33,949 bases of DNA from Saprolegnia diclina VS20 (taxonomy: Eukaryota): the NCBI RefSeq assembly GCF_000281045.1, contig NW_008246118.1:74846-108794 (forward strand), given 5' to 3'. Below the pieces are notes generated by a model. That model did not search any database. It saw only the letters and a program-made list of their open reading frames with translations, and was not told where the DNA came from. This document shows, one piece after another, positions 1 through 10,872 of this stretch. How positions within the stretch are numbered: the first letter of the stretch is position 1; the number at the start of each line of letters is the position of its first letter. The position numbers and the translations under genes are program-made.

Positions 1-436
1 GGTCACCAAAGAAGCAATATATGGACTAGTTGTATCACCATCGCAGGCACCAAAAAGGCATACCATGACGAACGATGTTTCGCGCATTTGAGTCAACCAG
101 GACAACGCTATAAAAAGCTGGCGCGTCCGCAACGATCGCGTCTTTCGCGCCGACCTCCCACTGCCAAGCCCATGGACGATTGCCGTCAAAGCGGCGCGTC
201 TCGCTCAAAGGCACTTGCACCACAGCCTCGTTCAAAACCCAGGGCAGATGGCTCTCCGTCGCCTTCTCCGGCTCCTCGCTCAACACGAATGGCCGCGTCA
301 GCACCTTGTCCCGCGGATCGCGCTCCTGCCTCCGCCGGCCTAGACCAAGATCATCACCAGCGCCTACACAACGAAGAAAGTCCGACAATTTTATTTAGCG
401 TAGATTTACGTATCTATTTTAATAGACGACCCACTT

Positions 437-451
437 CAACAACAACAACAA
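437..451 (+). repeat. (CAA)5 microsatellite next to the gap
   Basis: caacaacaacaacaa read directly. Confidence 0.8.
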
Positions 452-483
452 CGCTATAATTAATTGTTTGACACAATAGCATC

Positions 484-583
484 NNNNNNNNNNNNNNNNN
501 NNNNNNNNNNNNNNNNNNNNNNNNNNNNNNNNNNNNNNNNNNNNNNNNNNNNNNNNNNNNNNNNNNNNNNNNNNNNNNNNNNN
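484..583. other. Assembly gap (100 N)
   Basis: Run of exactly 100 N, a typical placeholder for a gap of unknown size. Confidence 0.99.
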
Positions 584-1151
584 ATCGTATCTTTGGTTTT
601 GGATTGGTTTTGAGGTGGATAGGATATCATGCCGGTGAATCGGATCGGATGCGACTGCGGTAGCGTCGGTCGTCACTCGAAGAGAAGTGGAGACCTGGTA
701 TGAATAACGACGTACTGGCCAACTCCGAAATATCGACAAACCGCTGGACGACGAAGAAGAATATGCGCGTGAGCATGTCCATTCATTATTCTTAGGACTG
801 AAGGTCAACTTTGTAGCAAATGCGGTGCAGTAGGTAGTCAGCAGGGAGCACGGACACGAAATGGGATTGCGGTCGCGTCGACACCGTGCGCTTGATGTCA
901 ACGAGAACTTTCTCTGTCGAACGTGGATCAGCCGCGACCACGACTTGTCATCTGCGGCTCGCCTAGTCGGTTAGAAGAGATCCTGCCGCTTACGGGTTTC
1001 GTCACGGCGGTGATCTCGCCTATGCGCCCGCGTCAGTGTCAACACGGTGAAGAGGAACCCGATCTATACTGGAAAATCCTGGCTGCTGCTGGCAAAAGGA
1101 AAAAGAATATTGTGAGAACAAAAGCGGACATCGCATTAGATGTGCGTATGC

Positions 1152-2090
1152 TTAGACGCCGACGTACGCAAAGAGGATGAGACTCAACGACATGATGCCC
1201 ATGCCGCCGAGGATCGCGATCGAGACCGCGTGGCCATCCGGGCAAAACTTGACGGCCGACGGGATAAGCTCCTTGATTGAGAGCGTCACCATCATGCCCG
1301 TGACGATACCAAACATGACGCCTTCCACGGTTGGGTTGAGGCCGTCACCGAGGATGAAAAAGGCGAGGATGGCACCGAGAGGCTCCGCGAGTGACGAGCC
1401 GCAGGCCCACAAGAACGCCTTCCAGCGGCTGCCGGTGGCAAAGTAGACGGGCGTCGCGACAGCAATGCCTTCCGGAATGTTGTGCAGCGCGATACCAATG
1501 GCAAGCGTGGCGCCGACCTTGAGGTCGTGGACCGCCGCCGTGTACGTGGCGACACCTTCCGGAAGGTTGTGTATCGCAAGCGCAATGGCCGTGAGGACAC
1601 CAGTGCGGTTCATGGCCGCCTTGTCCTTGTTGGCGAGTAAATCAAAGTCCGCTTCGTTGCGGGGCGTCACAAGAGGCATGTGGCCGTCGACGATTTGCTC
1701 GAGGCGCGAGAGATCCGCAACGTCGATCTCGTCCTTGAGATCGGGCGAGAGACGGTGCACGAGCGCATCGAGGAGGTAGATGATGCCGGCGCCAACGGCA
1801 AAGCAAATGTTGGTAAAGACCCACGCGTTGCCTTCGCACGTCGAGTCGCACTCGCCAGCCTCGTCGGCGTTGCCAGCCTTGAACTGCTCGACCGACTCGT
1901 TGAAGATCTCGACGAGCGAGATGAAGACCATGACGCCACCGGCAAGCGCGAGCGCGATCGAGAGGTTCTTGGCGTTGGCCATCTTGACCATGGACGCGCT
2001 AAAGATGACGAGACCGCCGATGCAGGTGGCGAACGCCGCGGCCCACGTGAGGGCAAAGGCAATACCGACTCCTGTTGTCACCTCTGGCAT
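1152..2090 (-). CDS. zupT: ZIP-family (ZupT/GufA-type) zinc/iron transporter, 312 aa, single exon
   Basis: Intact ATG-to-stop ORF with about 8 hydrophobic helices. The two metal-binding signatures ALAIHNLPEG and IALHNIPEGIAVA are present, with LAEPLGA and AGGVMVFISLVEI motifs typical of ZupT. Confidence 0.93.
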   Translation of the reverse strand: MPEVTTGVGIAFALTWAAAFATCIGGLVIFSASMVKMANAKNLSIALALAGGVMVFISLVEIFNESVEQFKAGNADEAGECDSTCEGNAWVFTNICFAVGAGIIYLLDALVHRLSPDLKDEIDVADLSRLEQIVDGHMPLVTPRNEADFDLLANKDKAAMNRTGVLTAIALAIHNLPEGVATYTAAVHDLKVGATLAIGIALHNIPEGIAVATPVYFATGSRWKAFLWACGSSLAEPLGAILAFFILGDGLNPTVEGVMFGIVTGMMVTLSIKELIPSAVKFCPDGHAVSIAILGGMGIMSLSLILFAYVGV

Positions 2091-3261
2091 AGTTGCGCTT
2101 TTGCTTCTGAAGATGGGTGTTGAAGCGAGAGGTTTGAAGAATGATCAACAGGCCGCCAGGATCCAAGCGCAGGCAAGACCAGTTGCTGCTATCACTCGTG
2201 CTAGAGAAGGAATCATAAACACCGCGGTGATCAATGCGTGGTGGACACGACCGTGCAACTGGCAGGTTCTGGTTCAGCACGAGCAACCCATGGAGTACGG
2301 TATCACACTATGGGATACTACTCAGTACCGCTGCTCGCTGAGCTGATATCGCTTCAAAATGCAATACCCATGACGCATAAACGGTGTCGAAATCGACCAC
2401 ATTGTCCGCCCATGCATTCCATTCCGGTGCAGAGTTCAACCGAAGACCGCAGTCGAGCCGATTTGGTTACTGAAAATACACAGGGCGTAGGATTCTAGGG
2501 AGGCCTCCCTGGTACGAAGCTGATAGCGACGGTACGCCATCTAGTCGCAGACAGACGAGAACCTTGTCTTTGTTATTGCGACTGGCCGGCTGACTGGACA
2601 AGGTAATTCCCTACGGATATTGCATGTAACCGGCCATGTAGACGCTTATCCGGATAGACCACTTCCACGAGGTGCATCCAGGATTCGCTTCTCGTTTCTG
2701 GTTCATTGCGGGCATCGTTCCATCTTTGTTCGTGCGTTTCTTTGGACGCAAGCAAAATCAGCTTTTGAATCCAAGAACGCTCAGTGATCCATCTAGCAAT
2801 CTGGCGTACCAATGGTAGCGAACGAGCATCCCTTCCAACTTCCTCTTCCATGGAGCCGTCCTTGGAATTCCTTGCCCTTTTCTCTTGCTCCAACAATATT
2901 AACGACAGAGTTTTCGATGCCGACATGACACGAGAGCTTGGTAAGGGGTGGGAAACAGGTGCGTACCAAGCAGTACCCGAGCATGTACACTACTCGTACT
3001 AGCGCTAGGCCAAGTCAAGCTTAAATAGAGACGTGCGATCAACAATAGTGGCGTCAACGACCGTCAAGTAGCTTAACGTGACACTGCACATCAAAACCCC
3101 AAAATCTCACATCGAGAGCATTGTGATAACCCACGCACGCATCAGTGCAACAAGGTCATGCATCGTGTTCGTTTCGCTACGATGGTAGCCACTGGCAAGG
3201 TTCACATGTTTTTGAGCTTGCGGTACCAGTCGGTTCGATCAGACAAGGAATACACTCATCC

Positions 3262-6200
3262 TTACCGAATGCGGTGCAGTGGGAGCACCGCCGACGTCGG
3301 AAACGGGCATGTTGTCGTCTCGGGCGCAACGACAAAGTGCCGCCAGCTCTTGATGTCAAAGAGGTGCAAGTCTCCGCGGTAGCGCCACGTGAACAAGCCG
3401 CCCATCGCAGCCGACATCCTGTCCGTGTACTGCTCGTCGCCAATCGCCCAGTTGCTCAGATTCGACGAGTACAGACTCGTCGCGTTCAGAAACAGCGACG
3501 TGATGCGCGACGGTGGCAGCGTCGGGCGCAGAAGCCGCTCGACGACGGCGGCTCCCACGACGCAGCTCACACAGAGTGCCACGTCAATCGAGACGCGGCT
3601 CACGCGGCCAATCTCAACGTGTCCGCTTGTGCAAGTGAGCGCCAGGTCCATATCAACGTAGGTGCAGCGGCGACGCACAAAGGCCGTGTAGTCTTGCGGC
3701 ACCGCCAGCGTCCACGCGGCCGCAACAGCGCTTGCTGCGACCGAGCTCTTCCACGCATAAAAGGGCGTGTACTGGCGCGTGACGCAGCTAAGGACGTCGT
3801 TCATTATGTACACAAGCCACGAAAGCTCGGACGCGCCGAGGAGCGTCGGAACGACGGCGAGCGGTGGAGCTACAAAGCGAGCGCCTGCGCCGACAGCCGT
3901 GAGCTCGAGCGGCTGCGTGTTGAGAAGCCATAGCGCAGTCACGCCGCGGACAATGAGCAAGACGCGGCCGACCCACGCATGCCCAACGAGTCGATTCAAC
4001 GCAAAGAGATTCGCGCCTTCGTACGCGCCACGGCAAACAAAAAGAGCGTAAAGGGCGGCGATGGCCGCACCGAGCATGATGGTACCGGTGACGTAGCGTA
4101 CGCACTGCTGGCAGACAAACGAGAGACGGGTTGGGATGGCCGCGTCATCGATTGCGAGCGTCATGGGCTTTGACTGCTTGGAGATGGCGGTGATCGCACC
4201 AGCATCGCCCTGGAAGGAGACAACCTCGCGGAGCCCAAGAACCCACTCGGCCAAGTAGTTCCACCCGAAAAAGAGCCAAGACCGGTCGCTTGCGTCCAAA
4301 ATATTGATTTTGTAGAGCTGGACGTTGGAACTGTTGTATGGCTTGACAAGGAACTGAACTGTTTGGATATCAAGCGCGCGCGCCTCCGACTCGGCGGCCG
4401 TCGCCAAAGACCGCAGCGACGCCGTCAACCGACACAGCGTGCTGTTCGCCAACGTAAACGAAGCGTTGTAGATGGCAACGCACGCCGCTTCGGCGTACAC
4501 ATCGCGTGCGCAGAACGCCGCCAAGTCCGTATCTGGTTGCATGGTATGCACCGCGTCAAAACCCGAAAGCGCAAAGAGAAGGCCAAGCGTCGACGGCGTG
4601 AAGTACTCTAAATGCCACCACGAACAGAGCGAGTCGGCGCCAAAGAGCGCGTAGAGCGCCCCGGACGGCGGCGACACTTGAATGTCATTCCCGCAGGTGA
4701 GATCCCCGCCGACGATACCGACATCCGGGTCGGTCAGAAGAGTTATGGGCACGTGGCCGATGTAGGGTTTTGCAGGTAGCGCTAAAAGCTGCCGTTGGGC
4801 GGAAAGGTTCTTTGTCGTCTCGGTTGCAATGGACTGCCGCACTGCGTCGTAGAAGTCTAGGAGGGACCTCGGGCAGCTAATGTAGATCATGTCGACGGCC
4901 CCAAAAGGACCTATCGAGGCGTTTACGAGGTGCAGACCGAGAAGAAGTGGCGACGAGAGGGTTAGGTTTTCAAAGAGCAAACTGGCGCGTGTCGCATTGG
5001 CAAAGGCAAACTCGGGACTTTGCCGGAGAAGCGAACGGCCACCAATGCGTGTAGTATTGGTGTTGATAGCCCAAAGGTCGCTTGCAAAGGCCCAGTAAAA
5101 ACGATGCGACGTCTGGCGATCCAAGTGCATGACACCGGCGCGCTGGCTGATGGGGAGTGTGTACGACAAGCCAAGCGCCGACGAGACGACCATGGCGTCG
5201 TCGAGGCCCGTGTCCTTAAAATTCTGCCACTGCAGCACAAACTGCGTGATACCGTGTGCGCGCCAGTAGTCAACTTCCTCAGAGACCGAGAGCACCTGTG
5301 GCCGAGCTATCTCGTCCAGCCAAAAGCGACCTCCTTCGGACGATTCCAAGTAGCGACCAAACCCAATATCAAACGAGTCGCCCCAGCAATAGCGCCATCG
5401 AGCCCAGTCGCGCACATTTCGCAAGCTTGTCTCGAGGTACAGAGCGCCGTTAGCCGCATGCCCCCTACAGCGTGCTTGGCGGGAGTGCGTGCTCGCCATC
5501 TCATAGCGTTGGTTCACATCGAGCCAGCAGTACTGCGTGAACATCCACGGTAATTGACACGGGTCCATAGCGCGAAGCCCCGCAACCAGATCCTCGAGTG
5601 GCGGAGCTGTGCTCAAGAGGTACCGCCGCGCCATCGTCGGGTACCCTGCCACGATGCTGCTCGAGCTATTGTATGGCTGCAGCGGGTCCGCGAACGATGC
5701 ATCATGCAGCAAAATCGGTGCGTCGACCGAAGTGAGCAGCTGGGCGTTGAACGTGTTGGCAAGGAACGCGTGCATACCCGTGGCGATGAAGCCAGCCCAG
5801 CCAAAATCGTTTGCGAGCGACTTTTGCAACACGCCCAAGTACGCCGTGTTGCTCCAGAGCGTGAGGCCAATGTACACCACGCCCGAGACGCGAAGCAGTC
5901 GTTCCCAGGACGAGCGCTGCAACGTCAAATTCCCACTTGTTTGTCTCACCGTTCTCGGCGGCGCGCTGAAAGGAAGTACAATAGCGCCATCTGCGCCATC
6001 GTCAAAGACACGGTCGTCGGCACACAGCAATAGCCAGAGCTTGATGTCAAAAAGGTAGGTACGGCCGCGCCAGCGCAGCGGCAAGAGGCCACACATGACC
6101 GCGGCCGTCGCACTCACTGCATGCCCGGCGGGCGTCACGCGCCAAGGAGAGAGCAATGGCAAGATCGCGTTTGGGCGAGGCGTCTCGGTGCTTGATACTC

Positions 6201-8514
6201 GGCGGCAAAATGCTGTAACGAACGATGCGCAAATGAAAAAGGCGGCGATGCTCAGGATGACGAGTACGCGCGAAAAGCTACCGACGTGCACTACACCGCT
6301 GGTGCAGTACACCATCGAGTCCATGTTAACTGTGTAGCACTGCCGATCGAGTGACGCAGACAGCGTCAGTGGCGCCAACTGATCCAGCGCAAGAATTGCG
6401 CACCAGCATGAGAAAGCGTGCAACGGCGACGTGCGAATGCTTGTGCGCTGAAGCGGCAGTAGCACATTGTGGGCGACGAGCATGAGCCAAAGGCTCTCGA
6501 GGGCGAGAACGCTGGACACCAAGATGGAGCGCGGCCCTTCGACTAGCCGAATGAACCCACTCGTCGTCGTTGAAGTGCCGAGCGGTACCGCGGCCAAGCA
6601 TAGAATGGCCGCGACGCTGCGAAGGACGAGGAGGTTGCGGCTCACCCAAACGGAAGCCGTGAGCGGCACAAAGCTCCACCAGTCGTGGGATATAGCGCTT
6701 CGCGTGCGCCAGCCAACGCAGAGCAAGAGTCCCCCCGTAATAACGAGAGTGCCTGACGTGACTATTGCCAGGAAGGAGAGATATGGTCCCAAACTCCTGG
6801 GTGCAGACGCGTCGTCCTTTGTACTTGGTAGTGGAAGGTACAGAGACGACATGAGTGTGAAGGACGCCACGTCACCTTGGATCTGAACCACTTCGCGCTG
6901 ATTCCGCGCCCAGTCGTAGAGGTACATGGCGCCGAGGAATGCAAAGTCGGGCGATAGCAGTGGTTGCAGGTCCAGCTCGATGGCTGCTGTCGTATTGCGC
7001 ATCAGCATTTGAAACAGTCCGACGTTGTACGCTGCCACGTCATCGGTCCAGGACGTGGGTGGCGTCAAAAGAGGTAGCGTACTTTGCAGGGACATGGCGT
7101 CGGCAACGAGTCGTAGGCATGCATCACCGTCGACGAAGGGTGCGCAGGTCGTGCTTGGGTGTGCCCCGTACAAAGCGAGCGCGAAGAGTGCATTGTAGAC
7201 GTGCCACTCGAGCGTCAAGGGGGCTTGAGCGCCGCAGACATCGTCAAAGCCAAACGTTTGCTGCACGAAAGGCATAGGCCCCCCAAAGGTGCACATCGGG
7301 TTGCCCGTAAGAAAGCGAAAATTCGCGTCCTTCCAGCGCAAAGGGCGCGGGTGCAACGTGTGGCGACCGAGCTTTCCGGACGCGCTTGGCGTCGTTAGTA
7401 GGCGCTCGGTGAGGTCGGCGTGAAAGAGGCTCACGGAGCGAATCAAGCTGCGCGGTGCCGGTACCCACTTGATGTCAATGTTGCCGAGAGGCCCGATACC
7501 ATCATGTAAAACTTGCTGCAGCAGACGCAGTGGGTATCCTTGGCAATAGGTCTCTATCTGGTTCGGATCAACATCGCCAAAGTAGCGGTGTGTGCCCCGC
7601 ACAAGGCTTTGGTTGGTCCCAATGGCGTACAAGTCGTTGTAGAGAAGGTTGTACAGGACGTTGGTGGTCCGAAATGCCCAGCGATTTAACATCGGCTTGG
7701 CCTTGAGCGGCAATAAGAGGCGCTGCCCGAGCGCATTCGCCATCTCGATCGTTTCCGAGACACCGATATCGTAGCCGGTCCCGTACTGCAGCGCAAAGCG
7801 ATCGATGCCATGTCGCTGCCAGAGCGCGGCTTCATCGCTTTCGGCCACCCATGTGTGTATCTGAAGGGCTGCAAGCCATTTTGCGCCGTCCTCGCTCGAC
7901 TCTGCGATCGGCGTCCCGATCGTCGAGAGAAACCGGCCTTGGGTTGACGCCAGGAACGACTTCCACTTGATGTTGCGCAAAATGGTCTCGAGGTGCACGG
8001 CGCCGTTGGCGGCATCGAACCTCGCACAGCGCGCTTGCCGACGTACGGTATAGGCCAGCTCCCAACGCTTTTGCAAGTCAACCCAGCAGTATGGCGACAC
8101 CATTCTGACGACGCGAGACGCCGCAAGCTGCCGGAGACCGCGGACGGCGCTCTGCACGGTTGTGAGATCGTCGTACATGAGGAGCCGCGCATATGCAGAG
8201 CTCGGCGCACTGGGCAGCGCCGCAATGTAGGCCGCTTGTGGCGCCACCAGATCCAAGGCGCCGGTGCCATCGAGTGCGAGCTCGTGGTTCAGCGTAGTGA
8301 CGAGTACGTGGGCCATCGCGTCAAAGTCGGGGACAAAAAAATCGGTTGCAAGGTACGAAGCAAAGATGTCGAGCGCAAAGCAGATCAAGCCGATGGACAC
8401 GATAACACTGAGGACGCCACCCGCCTCCGTGACGACGCGCCGTCGGCATGTCTGTGGTCGAGCAAGAGGAAAGGCAGGGCCGTCCAGACGCGACGGCCAG
8501 ACATGGACGCGCAT
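3262..8514 (-). CDS. Large intronless multi-pass membrane protein (1750 aa) built from two homologous ~870-aa modules; Saprolegniales-type hypothetical family
   Basis: 5.25-kb open frame. Paired motifs: PYCWVDLQKRWELAYTVRRQARC..NGAVHLETILRN / QYCWLDVNQRYEMASTHSRQARC..NGALYLETSLRN; DWARNQREVVQIQGD / EWVLGLREVVSFQGD; WRGRTYLFDIKLW / YRGDLHLFDIKSW. The family assignment is from memory of oomycete hypothetical proteins. Confidence 0.85.
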   Translation of the reverse strand: MRVHVWPSRLDGPAFPLARPQTCRRRVVTEAGGVLSVIVSIGLICFALDIFASYLATDFFVPDFDAMAHVLVTTLNHELALDGTGALDLVAPQAAYIAALPSAPSSAYARLLMYDDLTTVQSAVRGLRQLAASRVVRMVSPYCWVDLQKRWELAYTVRRQARCARFDAANGAVHLETILRNIKWKSFLASTQGRFLSTIGTPIAESSEDGAKWLAALQIHTWVAESDEAALWQRHGIDRFALQYGTGYDIGVSETIEMANALGQRLLLPLKAKPMLNRWAFRTTNVLYNLLYNDLYAIGTNQSLVRGTHRYFGDVDPNQIETYCQGYPLRLLQQVLHDGIGPLGNIDIKWVPAPRSLIRSVSLFHADLTERLLTTPSASGKLGRHTLHPRPLRWKDANFRFLTGNPMCTFGGPMPFVQQTFGFDDVCGAQAPLTLEWHVYNALFALALYGAHPSTTCAPFVDGDACLRLVADAMSLQSTLPLLTPPTSWTDDVAAYNVGLFQMLMRNTTAAIELDLQPLLSPDFAFLGAMYLYDWARNQREVVQIQGDVASFTLMSSLYLPLPSTKDDASAPRSLGPYLSFLAIVTSGTLVITGGLLLCVGWRTRSAISHDWWSFVPLTASVWVSRNLLVLRSVAAILCLAAVPLGTSTTTSGFIRLVEGPRSILVSSVLALESLWLMLVAHNVLLPLQRTSIRTSPLHAFSCWCAILALDQLAPLTLSASLDRQCYTVNMDSMVYCTSGVVHVGSFSRVLVILSIAAFFICASFVTAFCRRVSSTETPRPNAILPLLSPWRVTPAGHAVSATAAVMCGLLPLRWRGRTYLFDIKLWLLLCADDRVFDDGADGAIVLPFSAPPRTVRQTSGNLTLQRSSWERLLRVSGVVYIGLTLWSNTAYLGVLQKSLANDFGWAGFIATGMHAFLANTFNAQLLTSVDAPILLHDASFADPLQPYNSSSSIVAGYPTMARRYLLSTAPPLEDLVAGLRAMDPCQLPWMFTQYCWLDVNQRYEMASTHSRQARCRGHAANGALYLETSLRNVRDWARWRYCWGDSFDIGFGRYLESSEGGRFWLDEIARPQVLSVSEEVDYWRAHGITQFVLQWQNFKDTGLDDAMVVSSALGLSYTLPISQRAGVMHLDRQTSHRFYWAFASDLWAINTNTTRIGGRSLLRQSPEFAFANATRASLLFENLTLSSPLLLGLHLVNASIGPFGAVDMIYISCPRSLLDFYDAVRQSIATETTKNLSAQRQLLALPAKPYIGHVPITLLTDPDVGIVGGDLTCGNDIQVSPPSGALYALFGADSLCSWWHLEYFTPSTLGLLFALSGFDAVHTMQPDTDLAAFCARDVYAEAACVAIYNASFTLANSTLCRLTASLRSLATAAESEARALDIQTVQFLVKPYNSSNVQLYKINILDASDRSWLFFGWNYLAEWVLGLREVVSFQGDAGAITAISKQSKPMTLAIDDAAIPTRLSFVCQQCVRYVTGTIMLGAAIAALYALFVCRGAYEGANLFALNRLVGHAWVGRVLLIVRGVTALWLLNTQPLELTAVGAGARFVAPPLAVVPTLLGASELSWLVYIMNDVLSCVTRQYTPFYAWKSSVAASAVAAAWTLAVPQDYTAFVRRRCTYVDMDLALTCTSGHVEIGRVSRVSIDVALCVSCVVGAAVVERLLRPTLPPSRITSLFLNATSLYSSNLSNWAIGDEQYTDRMSAAMGGLFTWRYRGDLHLFDIKSWRHFVVAPETTTCPFPTSAVLPLHRIR

Positions 8515-8680
8515 CGCTTACATGTAACTGGCATCCTGTAACTGCGCCAAACACTGTATTCAAAGGATTTCTTGGATACAGAATTTTGCCCTGACAATCC
8601 CAACAAATGCAACTGCACAAACCACACTGACAAGGCTAAATATGAGGCGGTCTCATTCAGATTAGATTGGTGTCTACTAC

Positions 8681-9918
8681 TCAGACGACGGGCGACACCT
8701 TGCTCGGGTCGTCGGACGTGGTGTTGTACTGCGCCGTGAGGGCCTCGGAGGGCGAGAGGCTCGAGAGCCGCTCGTCCGTGCCGTCTTCGAGCGCGTTGGC
8801 GTTCATGCGCGCCGCGTCCTCCGCGGGCATGGGCATGTTGTAGAATTTCTGGATGTTCCGAGGCGTGACGCCTTGGTCCTTGTGGTTGATGTCGGCAAAG
8901 TACGCGTCTTGGAGGAACCACACCATGGGCACAACGTACAGCGCGGAGATGACATCCAGCGTATAGTGCTTGCGGGCGGCGACGATGCAAAAGGCGATTG
9001 CGATTTGAATGCAGAGCATAAAGGCCAGCAGCGCCGTGCTCTTCCAGTACTTGAAGAGCGTCAGAATGAACGACATGGTGTACATCGTGTGCGAGCTAAA
9101 CATGAGGTCGCCGCAGCCTAGAATCGAAATGTCAGGAAATGACGCGAGCAAAGGGCAATGGACCGTTGAGGACGTCAATGTGGAAAAAGTAGTAGGACGT
9201 GGTCGTCGGCGGCTGGAAATCCGGGTTGGGTACTTCGCACGAGAGCGGGTTGATCGGGTTCGCATCCAAGCACGTCTGGTTGAAGAGCGGGCGGCAGTGC
9301 GGCGCAGCGCCCGGAAGCGCCGTCACCAAGAACGAGCAGCAGCGAAAGAGCTACGGACACCATTGGTTCGTTGATATGCGCCGAGTCATTTCAAATGACG
9401 TACGAGGCACATGGCCGTGTGGAAGAGGAAGCGCTTAACGATGACGGCGACGTAGCGGACGTTGCCATTCTCTTTGGGCTTGATGAACGGGATCGACGCA
9501 ATGAGCACAATCGACGGGCCAAAGATGCAGCCAAACACGAGAATTTCGGAAATCTTGGCCTGCGACTCGCTAGACGCACTCTATTGTGAGTTGCCCTGCG
9601 TCACCGATCGTCGTCGTACGTGAATTCGGGCAAGAGGTTGAAACCGACGTCGTACAGCGGCGTGCGCTGTTCGGGCGTCAAGCGCGACTGGATCCAGTAC
9701 GCCAAGTTGTGCAAAATACTGTGCAGGTCTAGTCATAGTAGCATCAGTCGCACTGTCCACGATGGCGATTGGGATATGATATACATACATTGCCAAAGCA
9801 CGCCGTAGAGCAGCACCTTCCAGTCGCAGAGCGCGAGCTTGAGCTCAAAGAGCAGGTGCTCCTTGAGCTCCGGCCACGTGCGCAGCTCGAGGCCGAGGCG
9901 CTTGGAGAGGTACACCAT
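8681..9918 (-). CDS. IPCS: Plant-type inositol phosphorylceramide synthase (sphingomyelin synthase/PAP2-related), 5 exons
   Basis: Splicing out 4 GT-AG introns gives MVYLSKRLGLELRTW..GVLWQYLHSILHNLAY..LYDVGFNLLPE..VTALPGAAPHC..GCGDLMFSSH..ARKHYTLDV. These match the plant IPCS/ERH1 motifs and include the His/His/Asp catalytic triad. Confidence 0.88.
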
Positions 9919-10872
9919 CTTGGGTCGAGTCGGCAAAAACGAAAATGGCGATTACGCAAAGGCCGCCATCGTGAATACGCAAGATTTTTTGCCATGTGGT
10001 TTTCATTTCCCACGGTGTTTTGCACGCCCAACCGCTCCTTGAAGCTTGCTGTTTGTATCGACATCGTGTGAAAAACAGTGTGTGTTGATGCAGACCCGGT
10101 CGTGCAATAATCGGGGTGCGACAGATCTTCCAAACACATATTAAAATACAAATGTTTTTGAAAGTTTGGCATTTGTATCAAAGTACCGTATTTTTATAGA
10201 ACCCTCAATGTGTAACCAACGCGGGACATGACACCTAGGAGAGACGAGGACTGAAACCTTAGGCTTGACGAACACCGAAGCCGGTCCAGCGAAGCCCACG
10301 GGCGCCCCTTCAAGGCTTCCTTGCATCTTAGTTGATCACGTCAAGAGAATATAGTTGTGCAAGTGGATGGCAGCGTCGATCAATGTGACTTGGGGCAGAA
10401 GAAAGCTGCAGTCGCAGGCCTTGAGCAGCACTCATCTGTATGCATGTATTCAGAACTTGATCTTAATCAAACACAGTCTTTGATTAAGATTAAGTTCTCG
10501 CGCCACCGTCAACCCTTGACAGTCAGTATAATTTATAATTGGTTTTACGTTCAAGTTCAATTGTGCTGCGGTCGGACAAACTGTTCTTTGGCTTCTTCTG
10601 CGTTGGATGATGCAATCGCGAGGTGCAAACAACGTCGTCGGCGAAGCCGGCGACCACGATGTGTGCCTACGGTATATCTGCATCCGTTTAAGATCGTTAG
10701 GCCAATTGCGACGTCTCGGCGCCAGTCTTCTGGCGCGGTGTTTCACTGTTGATTGGCTGAAATGCGAAAGGTTTTGCACCAATTGCCGTCGTTTCGAGAT
10801 GACCAATCACAGCGCGCGATTCCTGGTGGTTGGTGATCCTGGCAGCATATTTGCCTTCGCTCCAAGTTGACC

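Noticed and set aside
1..1150. Short ORFs either side of the gap, including a stop-interrupted plus frame at about 585-910
   Set aside because: No recognisable domain or host-like codon bias. Could be decayed coding or TE sequence, but I cannot support it.
2573..2926. 117-aa minus-strand ORF in lower-GC intergenic DNA
   Set aside because: No motif and atypical codon usage.
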